From contig CALRDV010000001.1 in assembly GCA_943355005.1 (NCBI GenBank), positions 92,632 through 156,631 on the forward strand: a stretch of 64,000 bases of DNA, given 5' to 3'. Origin of the DNA: Patescibacteria group bacterium. GTDB lineage: Bacteria > Patescibacteriota > Microgenomatia > UBA1400 > MFAQ01. This document shows, in pieces, positions 43,441 through 53,168 of the stretch. The translations under genes were made by a program, and so were the position numbers. Position 1 is the first letter of the stretch; every line of letters begins with the position of its first letter. Under the pieces are notes generated by a model. That model saw nothing but the letters and a program-made list of their open reading frames with translations. It did not search any database and was not told the DNA's origin.

Positions 43441-45093
43441 TCACCATTTCTCCCTCAGATGACTCATCGCAAATTTCAAATCTCCTCTTACTTTCTTTCT
43501 GGGATTAAAAATTCCTTCGGGGTCAAAAATATTTTTAACTTGTTCGAATAGCGCCACCATCTTTTCCCCAAACATATCTTTTAAGTAAGGCGTACGTATC
43601 AATCCATCGTTATGTTCTCCTGTAGTTGACCCTCCATTGTCGATAATTATTTTATAGACTTTTTGGGCTATCTCCGGAATCGCAGCTCGCACCTTTGGAT
43701 CCTTAATGTTAACTATTGGGATAATGTGAAAGTTCCCATCACCCACATGTCCAGCTACAGTAAAAATAAATTCCGGGTGCTCAGACAATATTTGAGTTAC
43801 TTGAGGCAAGACATTTTGAATTTTTTGCGGATCTATCACAAAATCATCAATAAAAGGCACTGTGTGTTTTTCTCGTATTTTGCTTCTGAGTAAGTTGAAA
43901 CTTTCTCTCCGAACCAGCCAGTATTTTTCCTCTTGGTTTTCCACCGCCACCTTTGTTTTTACTTTTAGTGGCTTGAGCATTTCGAGTAGTTCAGATACCT
44001 TTCCACTCAATTCATTCACATCATTCCCCGTAAAATCGACTTGAAGGACCAGCTTTGGTAGTCGTCCCATAAACATCATCATAAAGGCAGGTAAGAATGC
44101 CAGGCCAGCCTGAATCATGCCAAAAATACCCAGTTGCTTGGCAAACTCAGGTAGATATCTCAGAGCCAGTTTCAAAGTGTTGTCGTCATAAGACTCGAAA
44201 CTTTCGGGACCAAGAGGCAGTATTTTTTTAATAATATCACCCAAATTATCCATGTTCGGAAGGAAGACCACTACCATCTGCCTATGTTTCTGTATTGGTA
44301 CTAGTCCAATTTCAGCGCTGGTCATTAATCCCAATGTTCCTTGAGCACCCACCCACAATTTAGTCAGGTCAAATATTCCTGTCTCTTCGTTCCATATATC
44401 CCAAAGGTTATAGCCTGCCGAATTCTTGAGGACTGTTGGCCGTGCGTTTTGGATAACTTCTTTATTTTCAGTCACAATCTTGAACATACTTCGATATAAA
44501 TTTCCCTCAAAATCATTTTGACCCATCTTAGCGTCCAATTCTATCTTACTTATAGGTTTTATTTCATATGTTTTTCCGTCTGCTAGAACCGCTTCTATTT
44601 TACGGACGAATTTATCTGTTTTACCGTATTTAAGACTTTTTTCTCCTCCGGAATTATTATTTACAATACCTCCAATACCGCAAATTGATTTAGATGCTGG
44701 ATAAGAAGGGAATAATAGTCCTTTTTTTAAGGTCTCGGCTTCAAAGTCTCGGTAAAAAACTCCAGGTTCAGTTACTGCACTACTTTCACCAACCACCGGC
44801 AGATGATTAAAATATTTTGAAAATTCCACGATTATCGAATCATTCAGCGGTCCGCCACTCATATCTGTTCCTGCAGATCTGCTGGTAATAGATATTCTTG
44901 GATTAGATTTCTTGTATTTGTTTACAAAATTCACTAATTTTTGAATATCTTCTGTGTCTTTCGGAAAAACTACAACTTCTGGTTTTACCTCGAAGATACT
45001 TGCGTCGTGACTGTAGAGTTCAATCGTTTCCTGATTTATCTCTATATCTCCGGACAAAAGACTTTTAAGCTCTATTATTAGATTATTATCCAT
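43441..45093 (-). CDS. FAD-linked oxidase (GlcD / D-lactate dehydrogenase-like).
   Basis: FAD_binding_4 'RSAGTDMSGGPL'; C-terminal 4Fe-less FAD-oxidase_C fold 'GHVGDGNFHI'. Confidence 0.75.
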   Translation of the reverse strand: MDNNLIIELKSLLSGDIEINQETIELYSHDASIFEVKPEVVVFPKDTEDIQKLVNFVNKYKKSNPRISITSRSAGTDMSGGPLNDSIIVEFSKYFNHLPVVGESSAVTEPGVFYRDFEAETLKKGLLFPSYPASKSICGIGGIVNNNSGGEKSLKYGKTDKFVRKIEAVLADGKTYEIKPISKIELDAKMGQNDFEGNLYRSMFKIVTENKEVIQNARPTVLKNSAGYNLWDIWNEETGIFDLTKLWVGAQGTLGLMTSAEIGLVPIQKHRQMVVVFLPNMDNLGDIIKKILPLGPESFESYDDNTLKLALRYLPEFAKQLGIFGMIQAGLAFLPAFMMMFMGRLPKLVLQVDFTGNDVNELSGKVSELLEMLKPLKVKTKVAVENQEEKYWLVRRESFNLLRSKIREKHTVPFIDDFVIDPQKIQNVLPQVTQILSEHPEFIFTVAGHVGDGNFHIIPIVNIKDPKVRAAIPEIAQKVYKIIIDNGGSTTGEHNDGLIRTPYLKDMFGEKMVALFEQVKNIFDPEGIFNPRKKVRGDLKFAMSHLREKW

Positions 45094-46080
45094 TTATTTT
45101 CTTGTTATTACTTTTTTAACTGCCTCCATAATCGCTGTTTTTCCCATACCGTATTTTTCAATAATATCTTTAGGACTTCCGGACTCGGCAAAAGTATTTT
45201 GAAGTCCAATAAATTCCATGGGGATTGGTTTTTTAGCTACAAAAAGTTCAGCCAAAGCTCCACCAAGCCCACCCGCCACTTGGTGATCCTCGACACTGAT
45301 TGCGGCTCCGGTTTTGTTTACGAGCTCCAAGATTCCGATTTCATCTAGTGGCTTTATCGAAGCTACATTGACTACGTTTACCATAATTCCTGCCGACTCC
45401 AGCTCTTTAGCTGCCAGTAAACCGTAATAAAGTTCGTGGCCGGTTGCAAAGATTGTCACTTGTGGGTTTTCTGAAATCCAAAATTCCTGCACTTTTCCGT
45501 CATACGGCGTTTCCTCCGTGGTCATTACTACTGATTTGTCTCTGCTATATCTTAAGTACACTGGACCTTTGTATTCACCTGCCCACGTAGTTATCTTTTG
45601 AGATTCAATACTGTCACAAGGGACCAGCACAGTCATCTTGGGCCAGCAGCGGGTAATGGCAATATCTTCAGTCGCTTGGTGTGTGCATCCATCAGGACCT
45701 GTCATTATGCCACTATGGTGACCGGCTACTTTGACGTTTGCTTGGTTGTAGACTGCGGTGGTTCGAATCGTTTCCCAGTTTTTACCGGGAGAAAAAGTTG
45801 CATAAGAAGAAATAAACGGCACCTTACCGGCGATTGCCAGTCCTGCTGCAATTGCAGCCATGTTTTGTTCTGCTACTCCGCATTCAAAAAATCTATCGGG
45901 GAATTTTTGCGCAAATTCTTCGGTTCTGGTGGACTCAGATAAATCTGCCGTCAGCACCACTACATTTTGGTCTTTCTCACCCAAGCTGACGATAGCCTTT
46001 CCAAAGCCTTCTCTGGTTGCTTTTTTTTCGACATCCTCATCGAAAATTTTACTGTTTAGTTTTAGATTTGGGTTAAGCAT
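45094..46080 (-). CDS. Transketolase, C-terminal (pyrimidine-binding) subunit.
   Basis: 'GHHSGIMTGPDGCTHQATEDIAITRCWPKMTVLVPCD'. Confidence 0.9.
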   Translation of the reverse strand: MLNPNLKLNSKIFDEDVEKKATREGFGKAIVSLGEKDQNVVVLTADLSESTRTEEFAQKFPDRFFECGVAEQNMAAIAAGLAIAGKVPFISSYATFSPGKNWETIRTTAVYNQANVKVAGHHSGIMTGPDGCTHQATEDIAITRCWPKMTVLVPCDSIESQKITTWAGEYKGPVYLRYSRDKSVVMTTEETPYDGKVQEFWISENPQVTIFATGHELYYGLLAAKELESAGIMVNVVNVASIKPLDEIGILELVNKTGAAISVEDHQVAGGLGGALAELFVAKKPIPMEFIGLQNTFAESGSPKDIIEKYGMGKTAIMEAVKKVITRK

Positions 46081-46081
46081 T

Positions 46082-46975
46082 TTATTGGTGTTCGCTTTCT
46101 ATTTTGCCTTGTAATGTTCTTAATTCGGCTAAAGCAATTTTGGCTTGATCGCCTTTGGCAGGGGATCCCGGAACTTCGACAACGTCGGGTGGGTTGCCGT
46201 GCCAAAGGTAATTTCTTTCCATAAAATCGACCCCTTTCCCTGGTATGGTGTGAGCGATAATCACTGTTGGCTTATTGAAAATTGCTCTAGCTTCTCGAAC
46301 AGTCTCCTCAAAAGCATGAATATTATTTCCGTCTACTTCCAAAACGTACCAGCCAAAAGATTCATATTTGTCCTTAAAAGGCTCAAGTGGCATTATATCT
46401 TCCGTAAAGCCATCAATCTGTATATTATTGCGGTCCACAATTACCGTCAGATTATTTATTTTATTTTTCCCTGCGTACATTATGGCCTCCCAAGTATTTC
46501 CCTCCTGATGTTCACCATCTGAAGCAATGCAATAAATATATTGCTTATTCTTGTCTAGTTTAGCCGCCAGGGCCAGCCCAATAGCTTGAGAAATTCCTTC
46601 ACCAAGGGGTCCCGATGAAGTTTCCAATCCAGGTAAATAATGTCTGGAGGGATGTCCTTGAAGTCTGGAATTAATTTTTCTTAAGGTTTTCAGTTCTTCA
46701 ATGGGGAAATAACCGGCCATCGCCATCGTTACGTACTGTATTGGGCAAATATGCCCATTAGAAAGGACCAGTTTATCTCTATCATTCCACTCCGGGTTTT
46801 TTGGATCATGTTTGAGGATGTGGAAGTAAAAGGCTACAAAAATATCTGCCATTCCGAGAGGTCCTGCACTATGTCCGGATCCGGCTTCTACCAAAGTTTC
46901 AATTACCAGTTGTCTGGCTTTTACAGCCAAGTCGTTTAATTCAAATAGTTTTGCCTCGGTTAGTTCTGTATCCAT
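46082..46975 (-). CDS. Transketolase, N-terminal (TPP-binding) subunit.
   Basis: 'GHSAGPLGMADIF', 'GDGEHQEGNTWEA'; split-tkt arrangement. Confidence 0.9.
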   Translation of the reverse strand: MDTELTEAKLFELNDLAVKARQLVIETLVEAGSGHSAGPLGMADIFVAFYFHILKHDPKNPEWNDRDKLVLSNGHICPIQYVTMAMAGYFPIEELKTLRKINSRLQGHPSRHYLPGLETSSGPLGEGISQAIGLALAAKLDKNKQYIYCIASDGEHQEGNTWEAIMYAGKNKINNLTVIVDRNNIQIDGFTEDIMPLEPFKDKYESFGWYVLEVDGNNIHAFEETVREARAIFNKPTVIIAHTIPGKGVDFMERNYLWHGNPPDVVEVPGSPAKGDQAKIALAELRTLQGKIESEHQ

Positions 46976-46979
46976 ATTT

Positions 46980-48251
46980 TTATATTTTTAGAATCATAAT
47001 TAAATCGGCCACGTTCGATCCTAGTTTTTCGGTGAAGATTCCGTCACCGGTTTTTTCGAAGAACGCTGAGCTGTCATCGTTGTCCAAAAACTTCTGAGGA
47101 TCCAGCTTCAATTTTTCCGATTTTTCCCAAGTGTCTTTGTCTCCTAGAGCACCTCCAAATTTGTAATAATCTACCCCATCGGAATCAAAAGATAATATCA
47201 GTGTATCATCCGGCAGGGGTAATGAAGCCAGAACTAGAGTTTGGTTTCTTCCCCCGTTTCCTTTACCAGTCACTTTTATTGTTGTTTCACCTCCGGCCAG
47301 CAAAATTTTTCCTGGAGGTGTTTGTTCTATCAGTTTCTTTCCCAATTTCTTAGCTTCTCCTTCAATTCTGTCGGAGAAAATAGCTGCTTTGTAGCCTAGA
47401 TTTTTTGCTTCTTCTTGCATGGCAGTCAGAGCTGTCATGTTGCTAAGTATCATAATATTTAAGACATTCTCAAAATATTTTTCGTCCTTTGGCAGCTCAG
47501 TCAGTGCACTATCCGGCACTAGTGAAGCCGAAATTTTATATTTATTCAAGATAGACAGAGCTTTTTTGGATGTGGATCTATCTCTTACTGTTGGTCCAGA
47601 CGCGATGACAGACAAGTCATTCCCAGGTACATCAGAAAATATTAGATTTACGATTTTAGCCGGATAAAGATGTTTGGCTAACCCTCCACCTTTTACTTTG
47701 GATAAATGCTTCCGTACGATATTCATCTCGGTAATATTTGCTCCGGAATTGAGAAGTTTGGAGAAGGTGGCTGTTAGTTTGGGAAGATTCAGTTTATAAG
47801 GCGCTTCAAAAAGAGCCGACCCTCCACCGCAGACCACGATAAGTACCAAATCTTTACTATTCAAATCCTTTATTTCTTTCAGCACCCTCTCGGTAAAATC
47901 AACATTATCCTTTGAGGGTAGTGGATGAGTTCCTAAGGTAAACGAAACTTTTTTGAATTTTGTCGGGGTAGTATCAATCACAAAGCCCTGAGTCAGCTTC
48001 TCGCCTAACAATTTTTCCAAATAGAGCGAAATTCCTCCCGACCCCTTCCCAAAGCCAATCAAGAAAACCCTTTCAAATTTATTCAGATGAATCTTTTTGC
48101 TTTTTATGAAGAGTGTCTCCCCGTCGACGGACAAGGATTCGGCCAGTACCTTATTGGGTTGAATTGCTTCAAGTCCGGCGTTTAAGATTTTTAACGCGAC
48201 TGTCCTACGGTCAGATGTTTTTAAACTTGGTAAGTTTTTGATTATGCTCAC
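46980..48251 (-). CDS. Glycerate 2-kinase (MOFRL family).
   Basis: 'LIGFGKGSGG', 'LLAGGETTIKVTGKGNGGRNQ'. Confidence 0.7.
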   Translation of the reverse strand: MSIIKNLPSLKTSDRRTVALKILNAGLEAIQPNKVLAESLSVDGETLFIKSKKIHLNKFERVFLIGFGKGSGGISLYLEKLLGEKLTQGFVIDTTPTKFKKVSFTLGTHPLPSKDNVDFTERVLKEIKDLNSKDLVLIVVCGGGSALFEAPYKLNLPKLTATFSKLLNSGANITEMNIVRKHLSKVKGGGLAKHLYPAKIVNLIFSDVPGNDLSVIASGPTVRDRSTSKKALSILNKYKISASLVPDSALTELPKDEKYFENVLNIMILSNMTALTAMQEEAKNLGYKAAIFSDRIEGEAKKLGKKLIEQTPPGKILLAGGETTIKVTGKGNGGRNQTLVLASLPLPDDTLILSFDSDGVDYYKFGGALGDKDTWEKSEKLKLDPQKFLDNDDSSAFFEKTGDGIFTEKLGSNVADLIMILKI

Positions 48252-48275
48252 AAATTCAGTTTATCATCTCTGGCT

Positions 48276-48460
48276 CGTGTCATTCTGAGCGAGTACTCGA
48301 GTCGAAGAATCTCCCTCGCCGGCAGGCGAATCTCCCTCCACCCACCCTCGTCATTCCGGGCTTGACCCGGAATCCAGTCCGCCCACCGTCATTTCGACCG
48401 AGTGAAACGAGTGGAGAAAACTCCTTCCACCAAGCATTCGTCATTGCGGGGTTTGAGATA
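48276..48460 (+). repeat. Dense intergenic cluster of at least four palindromic repeats (GTCATTCTGAGCGAG..., A-type, GTCATTTCGACCGAG..., truncated B) with CTCGCCGGCAGGCG / CTCCCTCCACC sub-motifs.
   Basis: cgtgtcattctgagcgagtactcgagtcgaagaatc...ctcgtcattccgggcttgacccggaatccagtcc...ccgtcatttcgaccgagtgaaacgagtggag...ttcgtcattgcgggg. Confidence 0.8.
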
Positions 48461-48634
48461 TTTTAGGTTTAACAATAGATCCCTAGTGGATTTATTGTTA
48501 TACAAAACAAAATAAAATATCACAAACATGCCATAGCCTGTTTCGTAACGAACCTGGCTAGGCCGGGTTTACAATGCGCGGCAATCTAGCTTATCAACCA
48601 CCTCACCCGTTCGATTTTCTCAGTTCCCTCCACT

Positions 48635-50545
48635 TCAGTCTAATATCTTCCTCTTCATCTCCTCATACCCCCTAGTTAAGTAAACTCCATTTTGAGCTTC
48701 TCTGAGGTCAAACCCAAAGGCTCTGCGGCTAACGGCAATTATTGGAGGAGCCTGAATTCTCTTAAAGATATTTATTTTGTATTGTTTCCATTTATGTTCC
48801 AAATCAGCTACAAAAGCTTCGGCAGTCGGGAAATATTTATCTACCAGTCCTGTTTCAATTTTTAGTTCATTCTCCAGTTCACCTTTGGTATACAAGTTCA
48901 AGATATATTCAGGGTCCCGTCTAAATTCTACGAACGATCGGAAAAGTCTGTCGTGATATGGGTAAAGGATTGGGTCTCCTAGTCCTTTAGTCACATCTTG
49001 CTTCTCGGAAAGTTCGGCTGAGGGAATCACATTCAATATTTCAGCCGGAATTATTTCTTTCCCTGCCAATTTATTCATATATCTGGCCAGTTGGTACACT
49101 TCACTCTTATAAATATCGGCAATAGGTGCTATGGCTCCATTTACATCTCCATAAAGTGTGCACCAGCCAATAGTTGTCTCGGTCTTGTTTCCGTTATTGG
49201 TGAATACGGCCCCCAGACAAGCAGCAATACCGGCCAGTACCCTGCTACCCCTATCTCTTGCTTGGATATTTTCCAAACTGTACTCACTCACTTCGACATC
49301 CGTTATTTGTTTTTCCTCATCTTGTCTTTCAAATTTCAGCGCCTTCAGTTCTTTCACGGTTAAATCTACCGATTCTTGAATAGGGAAGACTCCGTAATTT
49401 ATTCCAAGATTTTGAGCTAGTACTAAGGCCGCATTTTTTGTCAGATCAGAATTAAATCTGGATGGCATATTTACGGCATATACATTTTCTTTACCGATTG
49501 CCGCCACCAGTAGACATGCACTCACTGCCGAGTCTACTCCACCGGACAGTCCCAATACTGCCTTGCTCATTCTGTTTCCTTCGAAAAATCTCTTCATTCC
49601 GTAAACCAGTCCGTTGTACAGCTCCTCCACATCCCTTTCATCTGTTAGCTCGTCATTCCTGGCTTGACCAGGAATCCATCCAATTAACTCCTTAGAGTTA
49701 AGATCGATATCTACCTCCACTGTTTCCTCTACATAATCTCTCGCTTGTTTGACTACGTTTCCCGATTTGTCATATGCTGTAGAGTTCCCGTCAAAAAGGA
49801 AAATATTTTTGCCGTTATTCTGAATCCCAGTATTATTACAATATAAGAATGGTACGGAGACTTTTTCCAAAAGTGATTTTATGACTCTATGTCTCTTGTT
49901 ATTTTTTCTCCAAGTCCAAGGAGAGCAAGACAAATTCACAATTACATCAGCTCCATTTTCCGCTAATATCTTTGTCGGATTATCGGCGTAATCATCGCTC
50001 CACATATCCTCACAGAGAATAGCACCAATATTAATTTCCTCACCTCGGACAGTTACCTTGAAGGGCTTCAGAAATTCATTTAGTGGTTTTCCCATTTCGT
50101 TTGCGAGTCTTAGCATGGAGTAGAAGTGCCTCTCATCATCAAACTCTCTATACTTTGGCATCAAGGTCTTAAAAGTGTGTCCTTCAAAAGCCCCATTGCT
50201 TAGCCATTCACCGTTTTGGGCCAAATACACCGCATTATATTTACGAATACGGCCATCCTCACCCTTTTTATTTTTGTCTACAAACACATTACCCCAGATT
50301 ACAGCAATTCCTTGGCTGGCCTCCAATACATCCTGGTTATAATCCATCAAGTCATTTACAAACGACTCATTTTCCCACTCATCACCCAGAAGATAGCCCG
50401 GTACTACCATTTCCGAAAATAGAATCACATCTACGTTTCTTCTCTTGGCTACTTCAATTTCTCTAATCATCTTGGCTACGTTCAGATCAGGTCTTCCGGC
50501 GACCACTTCAATCTGTGCCAAAGCAAACTTCACTGTTTTATTCAT
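48635..50545 (-). CDS. nadE: Glutamine-dependent NAD+ synthetase (CN-hydrolase + NadE domains), with an in-frame palindromic-repeat insertion.
   Basis: CN hydrolase 'ILFSEMVVPGY...AILCEDMW'; PP-loop 'LGLSGGVDSAV'; inserted peptide 'GWIPGQARNDEL'. Confidence 0.9.
   Translation of the reverse strand: MNKTVKFALAQIEVVAGRPDLNVAKMIREIEVAKRRNVDVILFSEMVVPGYLLGDEWENESFVNDLMDYNQDVLEASQGIAVIWGNVFVDKNKKGEDGRIRKYNAVYLAQNGEWLSNGAFEGHTFKTLMPKYREFDDERHFYSMLRLANEMGKPLNEFLKPFKVTVRGEEINIGAILCEDMWSDDYADNPTKILAENGADVIVNLSCSPWTWRKNNKRHRVIKSLLEKVSVPFLYCNNTGIQNNGKNIFLFDGNSTAYDKSGNVVKQARDYVEETVEVDIDLNSKELIGWIPGQARNDELTDERDVEELYNGLVYGMKRFFEGNRMSKAVLGLSGGVDSAVSACLLVAAIGKENVYAVNMPSRFNSDLTKNAALVLAQNLGINYGVFPIQESVDLTVKELKALKFERQDEEKQITDVEVSEYSLENIQARDRGSRVLAGIAACLGAVFTNNGNKTETTIGWCTLYGDVNGAIAPIADIYKSEVYQLARYMNKLAGKEIIPAEILNVIPSAELSEKQDVTKGLGDPILYPYHDRLFRSFVEFRRDPEYILNLYTKGELENELKIETGLVDKYFPTAEAFVADLEHKWKQYKINIFKRIQAPPIIAVSRRAFGFDLREAQNGVYLTRGYEEMKRKILD
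49651..49683 (+). repeat. A-type variant repeat inserted in-frame in nadE.
   Basis: cgtcattcctggcttgaccaggaatccatccaa. Confidence 0.85.
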
Positions 50546-51068
50546 TATTCTTTTTAAATTCCTGATAATATTTTTTCGCTAATGGAATCACTCTCTGATC
50601 CAGCAATTTTTCGAGCATTTCTTGGTCATTCTTATCAAGTGCGCTTCTGACATTTGTTGCTGTTATCTCCGGGCTTTTTTTTCTGTCTACCAAAACTACA
50701 GTTTCAAAACGCTGTGCCAATATCTCCAAATCTTCTTTAGATCCACCATAAAAGACAAACTTGGTCTGTTGCTCCTTCTGGATTTTTTCTATGTTATCCA
50801 GCCATTCTTCATTTGTACTGCCGTCAAAGTATACCAGTCCTGGCTTCCCATCAGGTAAAGGGATTGTTTTTATCTCGGGGAAAACCGCCTTAACCATCTC
50901 GGCTCTTTGCTCGTAGGTATAAGGTGTTCGTTCATTCAGAGTATTTGATGAGCCTATCATTATCAGACAATTTTCCATCCCATTTACACGAATCATTTCC
51001 TCAACAATAGAGGCATGACCCCTTTGAAAAGGGGAGAATCGGCCTAAAAATACAGCAGTATCATTCAT
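50538..51068 (-). CDS. Archaeal-type nicotinamide-nucleotide adenylyltransferase (NadM-like).
   Basis: 'GRFSPFQRGH' (HxGH) and 'IGSSN' blocks. Confidence 0.7.
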   Translation of the reverse strand: MNDTAVFLGRFSPFQRGHASIVEEMIRVNGMENCLIMIGSSNTLNERTPYTYEQRAEMVKAVFPEIKTIPLPDGKPGLVYFDGSTNEEWLDNIEKIQKEQQTKFVFYGGSKEDLEILAQRFETVVLVDRKKSPEITATNVRSALDKNDQEMLEKLLDQRVIPLAKKYYQEFKKNNE

Positions 51069-51106
51069 AAATCAGTCAATTAGTAAAGATAGTGTATATA
51101 ATACAC

Positions 51107-51736
51107 CTACGACACATCCCGTGTCAAGACCCCAGAAATCTGTGAATATACAACCTCTTCCTCAGGCATTGCATCAAGCAGAACAAGCTCCCATCCAGGC
51201 TGATTTTTGATTACATTCAGTCTTTCTTCGAGAAGTAGGTTAAATTTCTCCAAACGGCTTGCTACTCCTTCTTCTGTGTCATCTGCTCGTTTCCTGGCGT
51301 TTTTTCCTCGAACTAGTCGATCGTAAGTTTCTTCCTCAGGAATATTTAGATAAATTACCGTCATTGGCAGATCAAGCCCCGCTTGTTCCAGCATGGCTTG
51401 AAATTCTATGGTTTCTTCCAATGTTCTGAGTCCACCATCCAATATCAGCCCGTCTTGCACATCAGGCCGACTAAATCTCTCGACCAGAATTCTAAGTAAC
51501 GTCTCTCCGGCCAGGTATCTACCTTCGGCGAACATGGCTCTGCATTCATCACCAAGTTCTCCAGGATCATTAGCTGCCAAGTCTCTTATAGTATCGCCGG
51601 TAGTTACATACGGGAGTCCCGTGTCTTCAGCCAGAAGAAGAGCGTGGGTGGTTTTACCTGAGCCTTCGGGTCCGATAAAAGTAATAATCCTTTTTCCAAC
51701 AAACTCACACTCTTTACTTTTTAATTTTTCAGTCAT
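51107..51736 (-). CDS. adk: Adenylate kinase.
   Basis: 'GPEGSGKTT', 'TTGDTIRD', 'ILDGGLRT', 'RKRADDTEEGVASRLEKF'. Confidence 0.8.
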   Translation of the reverse strand: MTEKLKSKECEFVGKRIITFIGPEGSGKTTHALLLAEDTGLPYVTTGDTIRDLAANDPGELGDECRAMFAEGRYLAGETLLRILVERFSRPDVQDGLILDGGLRTLEETIEFQAMLEQAGLDLPMTVIYLNIPEEETYDRLVRGKNARKRADDTEEGVASRLEKFNLLLEERLNVIKNQPGWELVLLDAMPEEEVVYSQISGVLTRDVS

Positions 51737-51785
51737 AGAAAAATACTATGTCTAGGTAAGTCAAAACACAACCCTCAATTACCAT

Positions 51786-51927
51786 CCGTCATTGCGAGGT
51801 ACTCCGTGGCAATCTAGCCTATCAGCCACCTGTCATTCCTCACACTATCTCTGTCATTCCAGCGAAGGCTGGAATCCATCAAATAACTCAACTTTTGTCA
51901 TTCCGGGCTTGACCCGGAATCCAGTCT
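51786..51927 (+). repeat. Cluster of 3-4 palindromic repeats (B-type, partial, A-type, A-type). The last overlaps the C-terminus and stop of the GIY-YIG gene.
   Basis: ccgtcattgcgaggtactccgtggcaatctagcc...ctgtcattccagcgaaggctggaatccatc...ttgtcattccgggcttgacccggaatccagtc. Confidence 0.8.
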
Positions 51928-52169
51928 TTTAAAAGTAATTCTTTTTTTGTCTTCGCCCAAGTCCGTATTTCCCTTTCTCTCCTCATGGCATCCCCTCTGG
52001 TCGGCTGTTCCTCCGAATACACCAGCTCTACATTGTCAAAACATCTTACATATCTGGCCGACCTAACAGTCTTACTTAGATGTTCCTTCAAACGCCTTTC
52101 CAAGTTATTTGTCTGACCGACATACAAAGTGTTCGATGAAGTCCGCAAAATATATACCACAAAGCTCAT
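51888..52169 (-). CDS. Small GIY-YIG nuclease-family protein (UPF0213/YhbQ-like) with a repeat-encoded C-terminal tail.
   Basis: 'VVYILRTSSNTLYVGQTNNLERRLKEH'; last 13 aa 'KDWIPGQARNDKS' come from the repeat. Confidence 0.7.
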   Translation of the reverse strand: MSFVVYILRTSSNTLYVGQTNNLERRLKEHLSKTVRSARYVRCFDNVELVYSEEQPTRGDAMRREREIRTWAKTKKELLLKDWIPGQARNDKS

Positions 52170-52513
52170 AGCTGAAGCAGTTGCATTTGAGAATTGATTT
52201 GCTGATTCACTGTATCTATCAGAGATTTAGAGATCCAAATCCCAATAACAAGTGAAAGTATTGTAAGTATCAAAGATATCCATCCATATAGTTTTGATTT
52301 TTCATCTTCGGTTTTTATATATCTAAAAGTAAGCAAAATTCCAAGTGGTGGTAGAAGAGTACTCAAAATAAATAACCATAGCAGGGAACCAAAAGTGTTG
52401 GATACCGTTTTATCTTTAATTTTTCTTCCACAGCTTGGACAGAAGAAATCTTGACTAGATATTGGCTGAGAACAATTTTTACAAACCAACTGGTTGATTA
52501 TTTGAGGCTCCAT
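52166..52513 (-). CDS. Zinc-ribbon + 2-TM membrane protein.
   Basis: 'CKNCSQ...CPSCG' followed by two hydrophobic helices. Confidence 0.5.
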   Translation of the reverse strand: MEPQIINQLVCKNCSQPISSQDFFCPSCGRKIKDKTVSNTFGSLLWLFILSTLLPPLGILLTFRYIKTEDEKSKLYGWISLILTILSLVIGIWISKSLIDTVNQQINSQMQLLQL

Positions 52514-52536
52514 TTCTTCATTTTAACATTCATGGC

Positions 52537-52571
52537 AAAAAACACCCCCATCCTGCAATGGGGGTGTTTTT
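52537..52571 (-). terminator. Rho-independent terminator (minus strand).
   Basis: aaaaaacacccccatcctgcaatgggggtgtttttg. Confidence 0.7.
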
Positions 52572-52582
52572 GAGATATCCAA

Positions 52583-53083
52583 TTACTTCCAATCAAATTT
52601 ACGGTCAGCCGCTCTTGGTCCAAACTTTCCTCGTTCTAGTCCAAGCCCCATCTTAATGTATTTGGGGTCAATACCATGGGCCTTTGCCCACACTCCGATT
52701 TCTGATTTTTCGGCATCAAATATTTTTTTCCTCTCTTCGGGCGTCATTTCTTTAAATGAACCGGCCGGATGAAGCTTCTCAAGCCTAGCCTGTTCCTCCA
52801 GAATAAGCTTCTTCTGCTCTTCCGTTATTTTGCCAAGGCTGACAAGTGTGTCCAGTCTTTTTAGTCTAGCCTCATTCATTTTTTGTTGCCTTGTGACAAA
52901 CTTTGTCTGGCGGAAGTCATCGATTGCTGATTGCACTTGGCTTTTATCCAAGCCAAATTTTTGGGCGATTGTCTGAGCCAAAGCTCCCGATGAGTTGCCC
53001 TGTGCTCGAACCTGTCCTACTGTAATTGAAGCCACTAGCACCATCGCTCCAATTGTCGGCAATATATATTTTTTCTTGCTCAT
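52583..53083 (-). CDS. Secreted hypothetical protein with coiled-coil segments.
   Basis: Signal 'LPTIGAMVLVASITVGQVRA'. Confidence 0.45.
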   Translation of the reverse strand: MSKKKYILPTIGAMVLVASITVGQVRAQGNSSGALAQTIAQKFGLDKSQVQSAIDDFRQTKFVTRQQKMNEARLKRLDTLVSLGKITEEQKKLILEEQARLEKLHPAGSFKEMTPEERKKIFDAEKSEIGVWAKAHGIDPKYIKMGLGLERGKFGPRAADRKFDWK

Positions 53084-53168
53084 ATATTTTTTTAATTATT
53101 AACTCCTTTCATAAGCGTTTATAAAACATGAAACTGAAAAGAAGCTTAAGAAGTGGGATAATAGAGTC

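Noticed and set aside
48276-48460. Possible CRISPR array, because of the many short repeats.
   Set aside because: Repeat units are of several different subtypes and irregularly spaced (22-45 bp gaps). There are no unique spacers of uniform length and no cas genes in the window.
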